A stretch of 64,000 bases of DNA from Rhizophagus irregularis (lineage: Eukaryota). The DNA is taken from the NCBI RefSeq assembly GCF_026210795.1, contig NC_089435.1, positions 5,208,001 through 5,272,000 on the forward strand. Reading direction: 5' to 3'. Under the pieces are notes generated by a model. It was not told where the DNA came from. It saw only the letters and a program-made list of their open reading frames with translations, and searched no databases. Numbering within the stretch: the stretch's first letter is position 1; each line of letters opens with the position of its first letter. Positions 1 through 14,111 of this stretch are shown here, piece after piece. The position numbers and the translations under genes are program-made.

Positions 1-430
1 GTCATCAATATCTTCCACCACCTCTACAATATCATCTATCAACACGGTATACACAGGATTAACAAGTTATATTCAATTACCTACTCTTTTCATGCTTCAA
101 ATTCTTTTAAAAATGAATAAAATTTCAAATACAATTTCTTCAGAATTGTTTATTTCAGATGAACAATGGCCCGATGTAGGAAATAAAGTCTAAATCTCGA
201 AATAAACTATTAAAACAATTTGATGAACAGCAATTAATAAAAATAGTAACTTTTTTTGTTTCAGTATTAATTGGAATTGCGTTTCCATACTTGCAAGTTT
301 GGTTTACTAAAGTACTTTCGAGTCTTAGTAGAAAACCAAAACTCAATCAACAATTCCAGCGTCTTCTTTCTACTTTGCAAATAAGTGGACATACAGACGG
401 TCAAGAAAGAAAATTAGAAAAGGTTCGAAT

Positions 431-1947
431 AGGACCCCGAAAAATACATATAAAAGTCAGAGATGATCGGCAAAATTTTGCCTTAAAATAAGCAAATGTT
501 TTTACTAAGATCAATACGCAAAGTTGACTTCTGACTTTATAATTTATATTAGAATAAGCAAAATTTTTTTATGACATTTGTATATTAAAAAAATGAAATC
601 AGGTACTTTTTTGTTAATTTAATTAGTTGTATTTAAAATATACTTCCAGTATAATTGATTTTCAATTGCTAGCATAATGCCAAATTGCATAAATTAATTT
701 GTACTGACATATTTATTTATACTACTATATTTAATTATTTGATAATTCAAGTATTAACACTAAAACAAAAAGATTGTTCATTATTTTTTTATAAATTATA
801 ACAAAAACTTAGAATATTGATAACATTTTAAAGTTAAAGAAAAGTCAATATAATTTATAAAATCATTTCTAAAAGAAGATCCTATTTCTAAAGAAAAAAA
901 ATATTAATACTACTTTCACATATAAAACAAATTCCACCCTGTTCTCAACTTACTAAAAATTTCAGTTTAGTTTTAATCTAAAAACCAAAAAACAATAGAA
1001 ATGTTAATAATACTTCTAAAATAAACAAAATAAAGCTAAAAAATTCTTTACTTACAGTGAGCATTGGAGTTCCAGTCTGAATTCCAAGTTCCTAAGAAAA
1101 AAGTAAAAGGAATATTAGTATGGTAATATTCCCAAAAAAATTGACTATACTTTTCTCTTAACTCATATTTTTCCAAGATATTGGTATCTAAAATAATAAA
1201 TTTTAGATTTAAGAAGTTGCTTTTAAAGAAAAATAATAAAAAAGGAATATTAATAACATTCTAAACCGAATATTTTTTTTTAATAAAATGGCCTGTTGTT
1301 AAAAAAATATAACAGTAAAGGCCAAAAAAAAATTTTTATTGAATAAAACGGTTTGTTACAGACCAAAAAAAAAATATTTTATTTTTTTCTTTCAATAAAA
1401 CGGTCTGTTAAAAGTCAAAAAATTGAAAAAAAAATTATCTATTATCAATCAGATTAGCCGTCAATTACGTATTTTCAAAAATTTATGTATTATACTATGC
1501 GTAATGCTGCTTATTAGGGAATTCAAAGGCATTATGCTGCTAATTAGTAGAAAATCGCTGGAATTCCAAGGCGTTATGCTGCTAATTAGTAGAAAATCGC
1601 CGGAATTCCAAGGCGTTATGCTGCTAATTAGTAAAAAATCGCTGGAATTCCAAGGCGTTATGCTTCTAATTAGTAGAAAATTGCTGGAATTCCAAGGCGT
1701 TATGCTGCTAATTAGTAGAAGACTGCTGGAATTATATATATATATATATTTTATTAAAAAATACTGTTAACTACGCAAATTAAAATATATGACATATATA
1801 AAAATGATTGTTATTACGCAAACTATATATATAACCTTTTAAAAAATCTCAAAATCTATGCAAATAAAATTTTATGACTTTTGGAAATTTTACTAATATG
1901 GTTAAGCAAACTTACATGTGACCTTTATATATATTTTTCGGGGTCCT
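431..1947. mobile_element. Non-autonomous TIR element with 8-bp TSD (hAT-like)
   Basis: TIRs aggaccccgaaaaatacatataaaagtca / tgacctttatatatatttttcggggtcct; perfect TSD gttcgaat at 423-430 and 1948-1955. Confidence 0.9.
1497..1733. repeat. 42-bp tandem repeat, about 5 copies
   Basis: Unit ggaattccaaggcgttatgctgctaattagtagaaaatcgct; explains ORF 1423-1770. Confidence 0.9.
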
Positions 1948-4738
1948 GTTCGAATGAAATCCATAAATCCATGTCAACGTCTTAATAAGAGTGAAAATAT
2001 TTGGAATTTAGGTGTTATAGATAACATAGATTTTAAGGAAGCAACTTTTAGATATGGAAATATATTTGATATGACACGTACCAGTACACATACGACGCTC
2101 AGAATGGTTTTTCAACACCAAATGCCTTTTAATTTGTATGAAAATAAGAATGATGAAAACCAAAATAGTTCTCCACTTGAGTTATTTGGTATGAATCAAA
2201 TGATAAGTAATACTTTGGATATTTTTGATTCTGCTTTAGATAACCTCATCTGAATGTTCAAATTAACTCTGAAGGCGATTGCAATTTATCAGACAAATTT
2301 TGACATGGCCATTGTACATGATGAAATCTTGAATCGTGTTGAACATGGATGTAAAGTAGAACCTCCAAATGTAGTTATTTTAGAACCTGGTGGAGTTCCA
2401 AATTCTGACAAGGGTATTTTTGAATCTTTAGAAATGTACAAAAAAGATTTTGAATTAACATCAGAACAGTATTTAGATGTAGTTGCTGATGAAGCAATAT
2501 TTCGAAGAATAATTAAATTAACAGATCAATGGCCTTACCTGCGTCCTATTCTTAGGCAATGGCATACGTCCAAGGATATGTGCAGTGTTTTGATTATTCT
2601 TTTTTCAAGTTATGGAATTTTTGATCTTGCAAATTCACTTGGAGTTAAATTTTTGGAAAAATTGGAATCTGTTGTTGATTATAGGTCCACTGTTCGTATT
2701 CTTGAATTAATATGGACTGCAGTATCTTTAGCAATACGAATCTACATTAAAAAAAAAATATTAGTAAGCATGAAATTTGGGAAAATGCAAATTTGGCGCT
2801 TCAAATCTGGTACCTTTACTATCAATGGGCCAGAATATTTAAAGCTCATCGTATTGGCATTCGAGTTGGAAATTATGATTTACAAAAAAATGCTTTAGCT
2901 GCATTTGGTGGTTTATTTGCTTCAGCAGCTAAAACTCGGTATGCTAGTTCTGTATGTCATTTTCTTGGTATTTTGGAAAAGTTTTCTAAACTAGAAGATA
3001 AATTGCGTTATGCAGCTTCTATTAAAATAGATAATAATAAAAAACAAAAAGGACATTTTTTTGCATACGACGAAGCTCTGGAGACTTTCAGAGTGAAATT
3101 CATAAAACAAAATATAACAGGAAACGTAGTTAATATGAAAAATTTAAAAATGCAAATAAAATCAGTACAAACGGAACGTGATAGAATTAAAATCTTATTA
3201 TCTGAATACCTTAATGATCCAACAGCATCTACCGAAAATCATGCAATAAATCAAAGATATGATGCAATGTGGAATTTAGTCAAAATTCTCCTCCAAGAAT
3301 TTGACCAAACAAATGAATCATTTTTAAATAGTAATACGTGGAAAAATGTTTACCGATCACAACTAACAGTTGAAGGAGTAATTCAACTTAAGAATTGCTT
3401 CTCTGATGGAATAGTCCGCATGCAAGCAATTTATTATGAAGATGTTCTTAAGACCAGACCAACTCAGCCCGGAAGAAGCAAATTGGGCACATCTAGATTA
3501 AAAATATTGAATTTTCAAAAAGAACTCAAAGAAGCAAAAAGAAATAAAAAACAATGGAACATTCACGAACTATAGAATCACGATCACAGCCTCAAAAAGA
3601 ATCTTCTGATCAACGTGATATTATAATGCAAGAACAACAAGAAAATGAAACAGGTAATAAACGTAAGCGAAAAGCTAAAAGGATTCCTAGTTTAAAAGGA
3701 GAAACTCTTTTAGAACCTTTAATTCTGAGTCAGAGTGAACCTACGAACGAAGAAATGAGAGAAAAATTAAATACCTTATCAGATGAATGGGATTTAAGTC
3801 GAATTAAGCAACACGTCCAATACCGAAGAAAGAAAAGAGCAGTTGAAAATGCCCATTAATGCAGTTTAATATAGCTTTATTAACAATCATTATTACAAGT
3901 TATAATAAAGTTTTTGACAAGTTTAATATATATACATGTATATATATAAAATACAATGCCACTTTTCTTGAAAACTGTTGTATTAACAACTTTTGAAGAA
4001 AACATTTCTGGAAACAGCGTAAAATATTACGGATATTTGAATATAAAATTTTTTGTTAGAAGTCGCTAAAGTAAAGAATCTCTCGAAAATATGTCAAAAC
4101 GTACTAATCTTTATAGTGTATATAGATCATGTTATTACAAAGTTTTCACAAATAAAATAATACCTATATTAGGTTGAATAGGTATTTATTTACCAACTGA
4201 GATAATTTTTTTTGTTAGAAGAAGTATAACTTTAATCGTTTACAATACGTCAAAAGAATAGCGATTTACGGTAGTACAAGAATTTTAATTATAATTGGCA
4301 TGTAAGTGTGACATGCACATCGACTGATATATATGTTTATTTGTTTTAATAAATTTATTATTTTTTTTATTGGTTTGGCAGGACTGGTGAATATATTAAT
4401 AATATATATAATATTACGAATTAGTAATTGATATGTACAATTTCAAAAAAAAAAATACCCCACTCTTCTAAATTTTATAAATTAAATTTATTTGATAATC
4501 ATTTAAAAGAGCATCTCTCTTCAAAAAATAAAAACAAATCAATAAATTTTACGTTTTTGCGATTAATTTATATATAAAATTTTATTAATTTTTTTCTCAT
4601 TTGGCTGATAACTGTTAAACAATAAAAGAATTTTTATATATGAAACACAAAAAATTATTTTGAATTTGATCGCAATTTTGTTAAAATTCACTATTTACAA
4701 TGATTCGTAAATTGTTCTATTTTTTATTGGTTAGAGTC

Positions 4739-5504
4739 TAAGGTTGCTTGGCTAAACTCATTTTAACTTTTAACAAAAGTCTAAACTTTAATTAGTAATA
4801 GTTTAAACTATGACAAAAGGTTTCGACAATAGCTAAATGTCTAAACTATGTCTAAAATTTCTAATTAATAAAATTTAAAATAAATAATCATTAATACATT
4901 ATTATATATATTTAAATAAATTTTTTATAAATAAATATTATATATTAATTAATAATTATTAATAAATATAGTTAGACTTCTATATAGTAACATTCCATAT
5001 AGTTATATCATATAAAATTTCTTTATATAATCATACCTTTGGGAAAAACTAATTTATATACTTATTATATAAAAAAATCTTTATATAATTACATCATAGT
5101 AAAAGCCTCTATATAGTTACTAATTTTTGCAGAATCGATTAGATAACTATATAAAGATCTGACTGTACTAATAATAATATATAAAAAGTAAAATTATAAA
5201 ACTAATTATTAATTAAACTTACTATATATTTTAATATTTATATATAATGATTTAAATAATTAATATAATGTATATTAAATTTTATAATTGCAAAACTGGT
5301 TAAATTTATATTAAATCATATAATTTATTATAATAAATGGTAAACTTTATTAATTACTATGTAAAAATATGTCTAAACCTTTCACAGTTTTACCAGTTTC
5401 ATCAGTTTCGCAGTTTCGCAAATTTTTAATTTTTTAATAAAATGTTTCAACTAGTTTCGATTTCAACAATTATCTAAACTACTTAGTTTTGCCCAGCAAC
5501 CTTA
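4739..5504. mobile_element. hAT MITE, TAAGGTTGC family, present only in unit 1 of the triplication
   Basis: TIR taaggttgct.ggc / gcccagcaacctta. The empty site ttattggttagactggag is seen in units 2 and 3. TSD ggttagac is exact on the right and has 2 extra bases on the left. Confidence 0.85.
4969..5165. mobile_element. Nested Tc1/mariner-like MITE
   Basis: TA-flanked imperfect TIRs tagttagacttctatatagt / actatataaagatctgactg. Confidence 0.6.
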
Positions 5505-6830
5505 GGTTAGACTGGAGTTTATTGTCTGATCGGTCACATCAACTAATAAATTCGTGATCAAAAAATGCTGATCAAACAACCCTGACTAATATATAATGAG
5601 TTGGAATTTTATTTCACTCAGGAGTGTATCATTAGATTTTTTATAATGTGTATGCATGCTTATGTTTTTGAAATTATACAAATTTTTTATCGTACAAAGA
5701 AAAACTTCAATGTTTATTGTTTCCATGTAGGATACGACTGACATAATTATTACTATTAAGTATGCGAAGGTTTTGTCAGTTCCTGCGAATTCTACTTTAA
5801 TGACTTGTATGAAAAATTGCTAGGTTTTTTTAGTACTATAATGAGTAAGTATCGAAATCATACGAATTTCTATCCATAATAATAAAACTCATGTTCACGT
5901 GTTTATGTTTTATTTCCATATAGGATACAACAATGATATAATTATTAAATATTCGAAGGTTCAAGGTTCCTGCGGATTCTACTTTAATGACTTGTACGAA
6001 AAATTGCTTGGTTTAGTATAATGAGTAAGTGTCGAAATCATGCGGTTTCTATCTATAATAATAACAAGGAAAAAAACTCATGTTTACGCGTATTTATTTA
6101 TTTCCATATAAAGTGATATAATTATTAAATATTTGAAGATTTCTGCGGTTACTGCTTTAATGACTGGTACGCCTAGTTTAGAATAATGAGTAAGTAATCA
6201 AAATTATCCTTATGTTCACGTGCGTGTTTTTATTTCCTCAACTGACATAATTATTACTAAGAAAGTTTCTGCGGTTCTACTTTAATGACTGGTATGAAAA
6301 AATTACCTGGTTTAGAATAATGAGTAAGTAATTGAAATTATGCGAATTTATCCTTATGTTCATGTGCATTTGTTTTTATTTCCTCAACTGACATAATTAT
6401 TACTAAAAAAGTTTCTTTGCCTGGTTTAGAATAATGAGTAATTATGCGAATTTATCCTTATGTTCACGTGCATGTGTTTTTATTTCCTCAACTGACATAA
6501 TTATTACTAAGAAAGTTTCTTTTCCTGGTTTAGAATAATGAGTAATTATACGAATTTATCCTTATGTTCACATGCATATGTTTTTATTTCCTCGACTGAC
6601 ATAATTATTACTAAGAAAGTTTCTGCGGTTCTGCTTAATGACTGGTACGAAAATTTGTATGATGTAATTATTAAGTATTCGAAAGTTTCTGTTAATGACT
6701 GGTACGAAAAATTGCTTGATTTGGGGTTAAAGAGTTTTTTTTTTCATAAATAAGGGCCAATTTTTTTTCTTCAGAAATATTTCTTTTTTTCTTAAATTGT
6801 AAGAAAGTCCACTTTTTCAAAAGTATCATT

Positions 6831-8102
6831 ATGGAATCAGGAAATAAATTGAGAGAATCCTCTCGTAAGAAAATTGAGGAATTGCTAATTGAAGGAAATC
6901 ATAAGCGCAGTGATAGAAGCCAAAGCCGAAGCAGAAACAACAGCAGTAAAACTAATATCAACACCAGCGAAACCATCAATGACGAAGTTAACGTTCTTAA
7001 AACTAAGAGATGGCTTCCTGCAAATTCAAAAATTGAAGGTATTTGCAAATATTTAAGAAATTAATAAAATTATCTTGTAATTAATTAATATTTATTGTAA
7101 TTATGGTAGATCGATTAACAAAGATTGAAAATAAAATTGATACTTTAAGTAAAGAAATACAAGAGTTTAAATCTGAGTTAAAAACTTTACTTTCTGATAA
7201 AATAAAATTGTCATTAAGCGTTAAAGAATCATTCATAGCGGTAAAAATATCTTTGAAATATTTAATTTTATTATTTATTTACATTCTAATTATTTTGAAT
7301 TTCGACTAATTTTAGGATGTTGTGAAAAATGTTTCCAAATTATTAATAAAAGTATCGATTATTTACCCAACAAAAGATGAATGTTGTGGAGCGGTTGAAG
7401 GATATTTATCACTGAACCATGCGAGTTTTTTCTTTAATTTTACTGAAGACGATTGGATCGTGTTTTACAACGAGAATATACATAAACAAGTAAGTCCTTA
7501 TTCGATAACAAAATGTTTAATAAAATAAAATAAAATATTAAGTATTAACTTTTTTCATAGTTAACAAAACAAGTACAGTTCGTAAGAGGAACATTGTCCT
7601 CGAAATCAAGAGAGGCTATTTTTTCTATATTCGGATCCCGTTTATCACCTATAAACACAAATGCCAGGCCGTCTGAAATAGCAAAATGGAAGAGAAAATC
7701 TGAAGTTAAAGATTGTTTTAAAGGCTTGTTCAAAAAAATGAATTCCAAGGACAAAAATTCTTCGATTGTTTTAGCAAGCGTTATTGGCAAAGTCCTCCAA
7801 AATGGCCATTCTAATGCAGAACTTGCATATGTTCTTGCGATCTGCTCAACAATTTTGAACCCAAATCATGACGAAATAATGTTGAAAAAGAATATCATGA
7901 AACAAAAAGTTAAAAAATTTTTAGTAAGTTTGTAATTTTATAGTAGTATTTAATAAAATATCATTTCATGGCTAATCATATTATCTTTAAAAAAAAAATT
8001 AGCAGTCAAACGGGCATAATTTATTCCGATTTTGAAGATAATAGCTATGAGGAATAAGAAAGTGGAAATGAAACTGAAGATGATGAAGAAGATGATGTAT
8101 AA
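6831..8102 (+). CDS. Five-exon hypothetical protein (coiled-coil N-terminal half, acidic tail), copy 1; probably TE cargo
   Basis: Exons ~6831-7038, 7111-7240, 7316-7489, 7561-7923 and ~8000-8102 with GT-AG borders join the ORF-track fragments. The acidic tail has a premature TAA relative to copy 2. Confidence 0.6.
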
Positions 8103-9912
8103 TAAGGTGAATTTTATTATATGCATAAGATAATTATATATATGTTTATTTGTTTTAATAAATTTATTATTTTTTTTTATTGGTTTGGCAGGACTGGTGA
8201 ATTCATATTAATAATATAATATTACGAATTAGTAATTGATATGTACAATTTCAAAAAAAAATACCCCACTCTTCTAAATTTTATAAATTAAATTTATTTG
8301 ATAATCATTTAAAAGAGCATCTCTCCAAAAAAAACAAATCAATAAATTTTACGTTTTTGTGATTAATTTGTATATAAAATTTTATTAATTTGAGTTTTTC
8401 TCATTTGGCTGATAACTGTTAAACAATAAAGAATTTTTATACATGAAACACAAAAAATTATTTATTTTGAATTTGATCGCAATTTTGTTAAAATTCATAG
8501 TTACAATTTAATGTGTAAAATTGTTCTATTTTTTATTGGTTAGACTGGAGTTCATTGTCTGATCGGTTACACCAACTAATAAATTCATGATCAAAAAATG
8601 CTGATCAAACAACCCTGACTAATATATAATGAGTTGGAATTTTATTTCACTCAGGAGTGTATCATTAGATTTTTTATAATGTGTATGCATGCTTATGTTT
8701 TCAAAATTATATAAATTTTTTATCGTACAAAGAAAAACTTTAATGTTTATTGTTTCCATGTAGGATACGACTGACATAATTATTACTACTAAATATGCGA
8801 AGGTTTTGTCAGCTTCTGCGAATCCTACTTTAATGACTTGTACGAAAAATTGCTAGGTTTTTTTAGTACTATAATGAGTAAGTATCGAAATCATGCGAAT
8901 TTCTATCTATAATAATAAAACTCATGTTCACGTATTTATATTTTATTTCCATATAGGATACAACAATGATATAATTATTAAATATTCGAAGGTTCAAGGT
9001 TCCTGCAGATTCTACTTTAATGACTTATACGAAAAATTGCTTGGTTTAGTATAATTAGTAAGTATCGAAATCATGCGGTTTCTATCCATAATAATAACAA
9101 GGAAAAAAACTCATGTTTACGCGTATTTATTTTATTTCCATATAAAGTGATATAATTATAAATATTCGAAAGTTTCTGCGGTTACTGCTTTAATGACTGG
9201 TACGAAAAAATTGCCTAGTTTAGTAAGTAATCGAAATTCGAAATTATCCTTATGTTCACGTGCGTGTTTTTATTTCCTCAACTGACGTAATTATTACTAA
9301 GAAAGTTTCTGCGGTTCTGCTTTAATGACTGGTACGAAAAATTATCTGGTTTAGAATAATGAGTAAGTAATTGAAATTATGCGAATTTATCCTTATGTTC
9401 ATGTGCATTTGTTTTTATTTCCTCAACTGACATAATTATTACTAAGAAAGTTTCTTTGCTTGGTTTAGAATAATGAGTAATTATGCGAATTGTACGAAAA
9501 AATTTCCTGGTTTAGAATAATGAGTAATTATGCGATTTATCCTTATGTTCACGTGCATTTGTTTTTATTTCCATACCGACATAATTATTACTAGAAAGTT
9601 TTAACTATGGTTTAGAATAATGAGTAATTACGCGAATTTATCCTTATGTTTATGTGTATATGTTTTTATTTCTTCAACTGACATAATTATTACTAAGAGA
9701 GTTTCTGTGGTTCTGCTTAATGACTGGTACGAAAATTTGCATGATGTAATTATTAAGTATTCGAAAGTTTCTGTTAATGACTGGTATGAAAAATTGCTTG
9801 ATTTGGGTTTAAAGAGTTTTTTTTTTTTCATAAATAATGGTCAATTTTTTTCCTTCAGAAATATTTTTTTTTCTTAAATTGTAAGAAATCCCACTTTTTC
9901 AAAAGTATCATT

Positions 9913-11183
9913 ATGGAATCAGGAAATAAATTGAGAGAATCCTCTCGTAAGAAAATTGAGGAATTGCTAATCGAAGGGAATCATAAGCGCAGTGATGGAA
10001 GCCAAAACCGAAGCAGAAACAACAGCAGTAAAACCAACATCAACACCAGCGAAACCATTAATGACGAAGTTAACGTTCTTCAAACTAAGAGATAGTTTCC
10101 TGCAAATTCAAAAATTGAAGGTATTCGCAAATATTTAAGAAATTAATAAAATTATCTTGTAATTAATATTTATTGTAATTATGGTAGATCGATTAACAAA
10201 GATTGAAAATAAATTGATACTTTAAGTAAAGAAATACACGAGTTTAAATCTGAGTTAAAAAATTTACTTTCTGATAAAATAAATTTGTCATCAAGCGTTA
10301 AAGAATCATTCATAGCGGTAGGAATATCTTTGAAATATTTAGTTTTATTATTTATTTACATTCTAATTATTTTGAATTTCGACTAATTTTAGGATGTTGT
10401 GAAAAATATTTCAAAATTATTAATAAAAGTATCAATTTATCCAACAAAAGATGAATGTTATGGAGCGGTTGAAGGATATTTAATACTGAACTATGCGAGT
10501 TTTTTCTCTAATTTTACTGAAGACGATTGGATCGCGTATTATAATGAGAATATACATAAACAAGTAAGTCCTTATTCAATAACAAAATGTTTAATAAAAT
10601 AAAATGAAATATTAAGTATTAACTTTCTTTGTAAAGTTAACAAAACAAGTACAGTCCATAAGAGGAACATTGTCCTCGAAATCAATGGAGGCTATTTTTT
10701 CTATATTCAGATTCCGTTTACCACCTATAAACACAAATGCCGGGCCATCTGAAGTAGCAAAATGGAAGAGAAAACCCGAAGTTAAAGATTGTTTTGAAGG
10801 CCTATTCAAAAAAATGAATCCCAAGGACAAAATTCTTCGATTGTTTTAGCAAGCGTTATTGACAGAGTCCTCCAAGGTGGCAATTCTAATGCAGAACTCG
10901 CATATGTTCTTGTGACCTGCTCAACAATTTTGAACCCACATCATGACGAAATAATGTTGAAAAAGAATATCATGAAACAAAAAGTTAAAAAATTTTTAGT
11001 AAGTTTGTAATTTTGTAGTAGTATTTAATAAAATATCATTTCATGGCTAATCAATCATATTATTCTTTAAAGGAAAAAATTAATAATCAAACGGCCATAA
11101 AATATTCCGATTTTGAAGATAATAGCTATGAGGAAGAAGAAGGTGGAAATGAAACTGAAGATGATGAAGAAGATGATGTATAA
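9913..11183 (+). pseudogene. Copy 2 of the triplicated gene
   Basis: Same exons as copy 1; TGG>TAG stop at 10093 and 1-bp deletions. Confidence 0.75.
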
Positions 11184-12735
11184 TAAGGTGAATTTATATG
11201 CATAAGATAATTATATATATGTTTATTTGTTTTAATAAATTTATTATTTTTTTTATTGGTTTGGCATGACTGGTGAATATGTTAATAATATAACAAATAT
11301 TACGAATTAGTAATTGATATGTACAATTTCAAAAAAAAAAACGCCTCCACCCTTCTAAATTTTATAAATTACATTTATTTGATAATCATTTAAAAGAGCA
11401 TCTCCTTCAAAAAACAAATCAATAAATTTTACATTTTTGCGATTAATTTGTATATAAAATTTTATTAATTTGAGTTTTCTCATTTGGCTGATAACTGTTA
11501 AACAAATAAAAGAATTTTTATACATGAAACACAAAAAATTATTTTGAATTTGATCGTAATTTTGTTAAAATTCATAGTTACAATTGATTCGTAAATTGTT
11601 CTATTTTTTATTGGTTAGACTGGAGTTCATTGTCTGATTAGTCACACCAACTAATATCAAAAATGCTGATCAAACAACCCTGACTAATATAAAATGAGTG
11701 TGAATTTTATTTCACTCAGGAGTGGTATCATTAGATTTTTTATTCTGTGTATGCATACTTATGTTCAAAATTATACAAATTTTTTATCGTACAAAGAAAA
11801 ACTTTAATGTTTATTGTTTCCATGTAAGATACGACTGACATAATTATTACTACTAAGTATGTAAAGGTTTCTGCAGTTCCTGCGAATTCTACTTTAATGA
11901 CTTGTACGAAAAATTGCTTGGTTTAGTATAATGAGTAAATATCGAAATCATGCGAATTTCTATCCATAATAATAAAACTCATGTTCACGTGTTTATGTTT
12001 TATTTCCATATAGGATACAACAATGATATAATTATTAAATATTCGAAGGTTCAAGGTTCTTGCGGATTCTACTTTAATGACTTGTACGAAAAATTGCTTG
12101 GTTTAGTATAATGAGTAAGTATCGAAATCATGCGGTTTCTATCCATAATAATAACAAGGAAAAAAACTCATGTTTACGCGTATTTATTTTATTTCCATAT
12201 AAAGTGATATAATTATTAAATATTCAAAGTTTCTGCGGTTACTGCTTTAATGACTGGTACGAAAAATTGCCTGGTTTAGAATAATGAGTAAGTAATTGAA
12301 ATTATGCGAATTTTCCTTATATTCACGTGCATTTGTTTTTATTTCCTCAACTGACATAATTATTACTAAGAAAGTTTCTTTGCTTGGTTTAAAATAATGA
12401 GTAATTATGCGAATTGTACGAAAAAATTTCCTGGTTTAGAATAATGAGTAATTATGCGATTTATCCTTATGTTCACGCGCATTTGTTTTTATTTTCTCGA
12501 CTGACATAATTATTACTAAGAAAGTTTCTGCGGTTCTGCTTAATGACTGGTATGAAAATTTGCATGATGTAATTATTGAGTATTCGAAAGTTTCTGTTAA
12601 TGACTGGTACGAAAAATTGCTTGATTTGGGTTTAAAGAGTTTTTTTTTTTCATAAATAATGGTCAATTTTTTTTCTTCAGAAATATTTTTTTTTTCTTAA
12701 ATTGTAAGAAAGTCCACTTTTTCAAAAGTATCATT

Positions 12736-14111
12736 ATGGAATCAGGAAATAAATTGAGAGAGTCCTCTCGTAAGAAAATTGAGGAATTGCTAATCGAAGG
12801 GAATCATAAGCGCAGTGATAGAAGCCAAAGCCGAAGCAGAAACAACAGCAGTAAAACCAACATTAACACCAGCGAAACCATCAATGACGAAGTTAACGTT
12901 CTTTAGACTAAGAGATGGCTTCCTGCAAATTCAAAAATTGAAGGTATTCGCAAATATTTAAGAAATTAATAAAATTATCTTGTAATTAATATTTATTGTA
13001 ATTATGGTAGATCAATTAACAAAGATTGAAAATAAAACTGGGTGGATATAGCTCATGATAATTTGTTTGTATGGTATATAAACTTAATATCAATAAAGCT
13101 TATATAAATCATTAAAAAAAAAAAAAAAAAAAAAGATTGAAAATAAAATCGATACTTTAAGTAAAGAAATACACGAGTTTAAATCTGAATTAAAAAATTT
13201 ACTTTCTGATAAAATAAATTTGTCATCAAGCGCTAAAGAATCATTCATAGTGGTAAGAATATCTTTGAAATATTTAATTTTATTATTTATTTACGTTCTA
13301 ATTATTTTGAATTTCGACTAATTTTAGGATGTTGTGAAAAATGTTTCGAAATTATTAATAAAAGTATCAATTTACCCAACAAAAGATAAATGTTATGGAG
13401 CAGTTGAAGGATATTTAGTACTGAACCATGCAAGTTTTTTCTCTAATTTTACTGAAGACGATTGGATCACGTATTACAACGAGAATATACATAAACAAGT
13501 AAGTCCTTATTCGATAACAAAATGTTTAATAAAATAAAATAAAATATTAGTTATTAACTTTCTTCGTAAAGTTAACAAAACAAGTACAGTCCATAAGAGG
13601 AACATTGTCCTCGAAATCAAAGGAGGCTATTTTTTCTATATTCGGATCCTGTTTACCACCTATAAACACAAATGCTGAGCCGTCTGAAGTAGCAAAATGG
13701 AAGAGAAAACCTGAAGTTAAAGATTGTTTTGAAGGCCTGTTCAAAAAAATGAATCCCAAGGACAAAAATTCTTCGATTGTTTTAGCAAGCGTTATTGACA
13801 GAGCCCTCCAAAATGACCATTCTAATGCAGAACTTGCATATGTTCTTGCGATCTGCTCAACAATTTTAAACCCAAATCATGCCGAAATAATGTTGAAAAA
13901 GAATATCATGAAACAAAAGTTAAAAAATTTTTAGTAAGTTTGTAATTTTGTAGTAGCATTTAATAAAATATCATTTCATGGCTAATCATATTATTCTTTA
14001 AAGAAAAAAATCAACAGTCAAACGGGCATAAATTATTCTGATTTTAAAGATAATAGCTATGAGGAAGAAGAAAGTGGAAATGAAACTGAAGATGAAGATG
14101 ATGATGTATAA
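12736..14111 (+). pseudogene. Copy 3 of the triplicated gene
   Basis: Same exons; TAG stop near 12904 and a poly(A) insertion in exon 2. Confidence 0.75.
13038..13131 (+). mobile_element. 5'-truncated poly(A)-tailed retroposed insertion
   Basis: ~76-nt body with AATAAA at 13092 and an A-tail of about 20 nt. The ~17-bp TSD aaagattgaaaataaaa flanks both sides. Absent from copies 1 and 2. Confidence 0.9.

Larger units (their letters stand above)
200..3859 (+). pseudogene. Degenerate DDE-type transposase (DUF6589-like), split by a 1.5-kb insertion, one stop and frameshifts
   Basis: ORF pieces 291-430, 1948-2253, 2254-~2760, 2793-3575 and 3554-3859 join into one protein with motifs VIDNIDF, VVADEAIF, RQWHTSKDM and YDEALE. 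Removing 431-1947 and one TSD copy restores in-frame ...EKVRMKSINP. Family assignment is from motif recall only. Confidence 0.65.

Noticed and set aside
1423..1770. 115-aa ORF with a 14-aa repeat
   Set aside because: By-product of a 42-bp tandem repeat inside a non-autonomous element.
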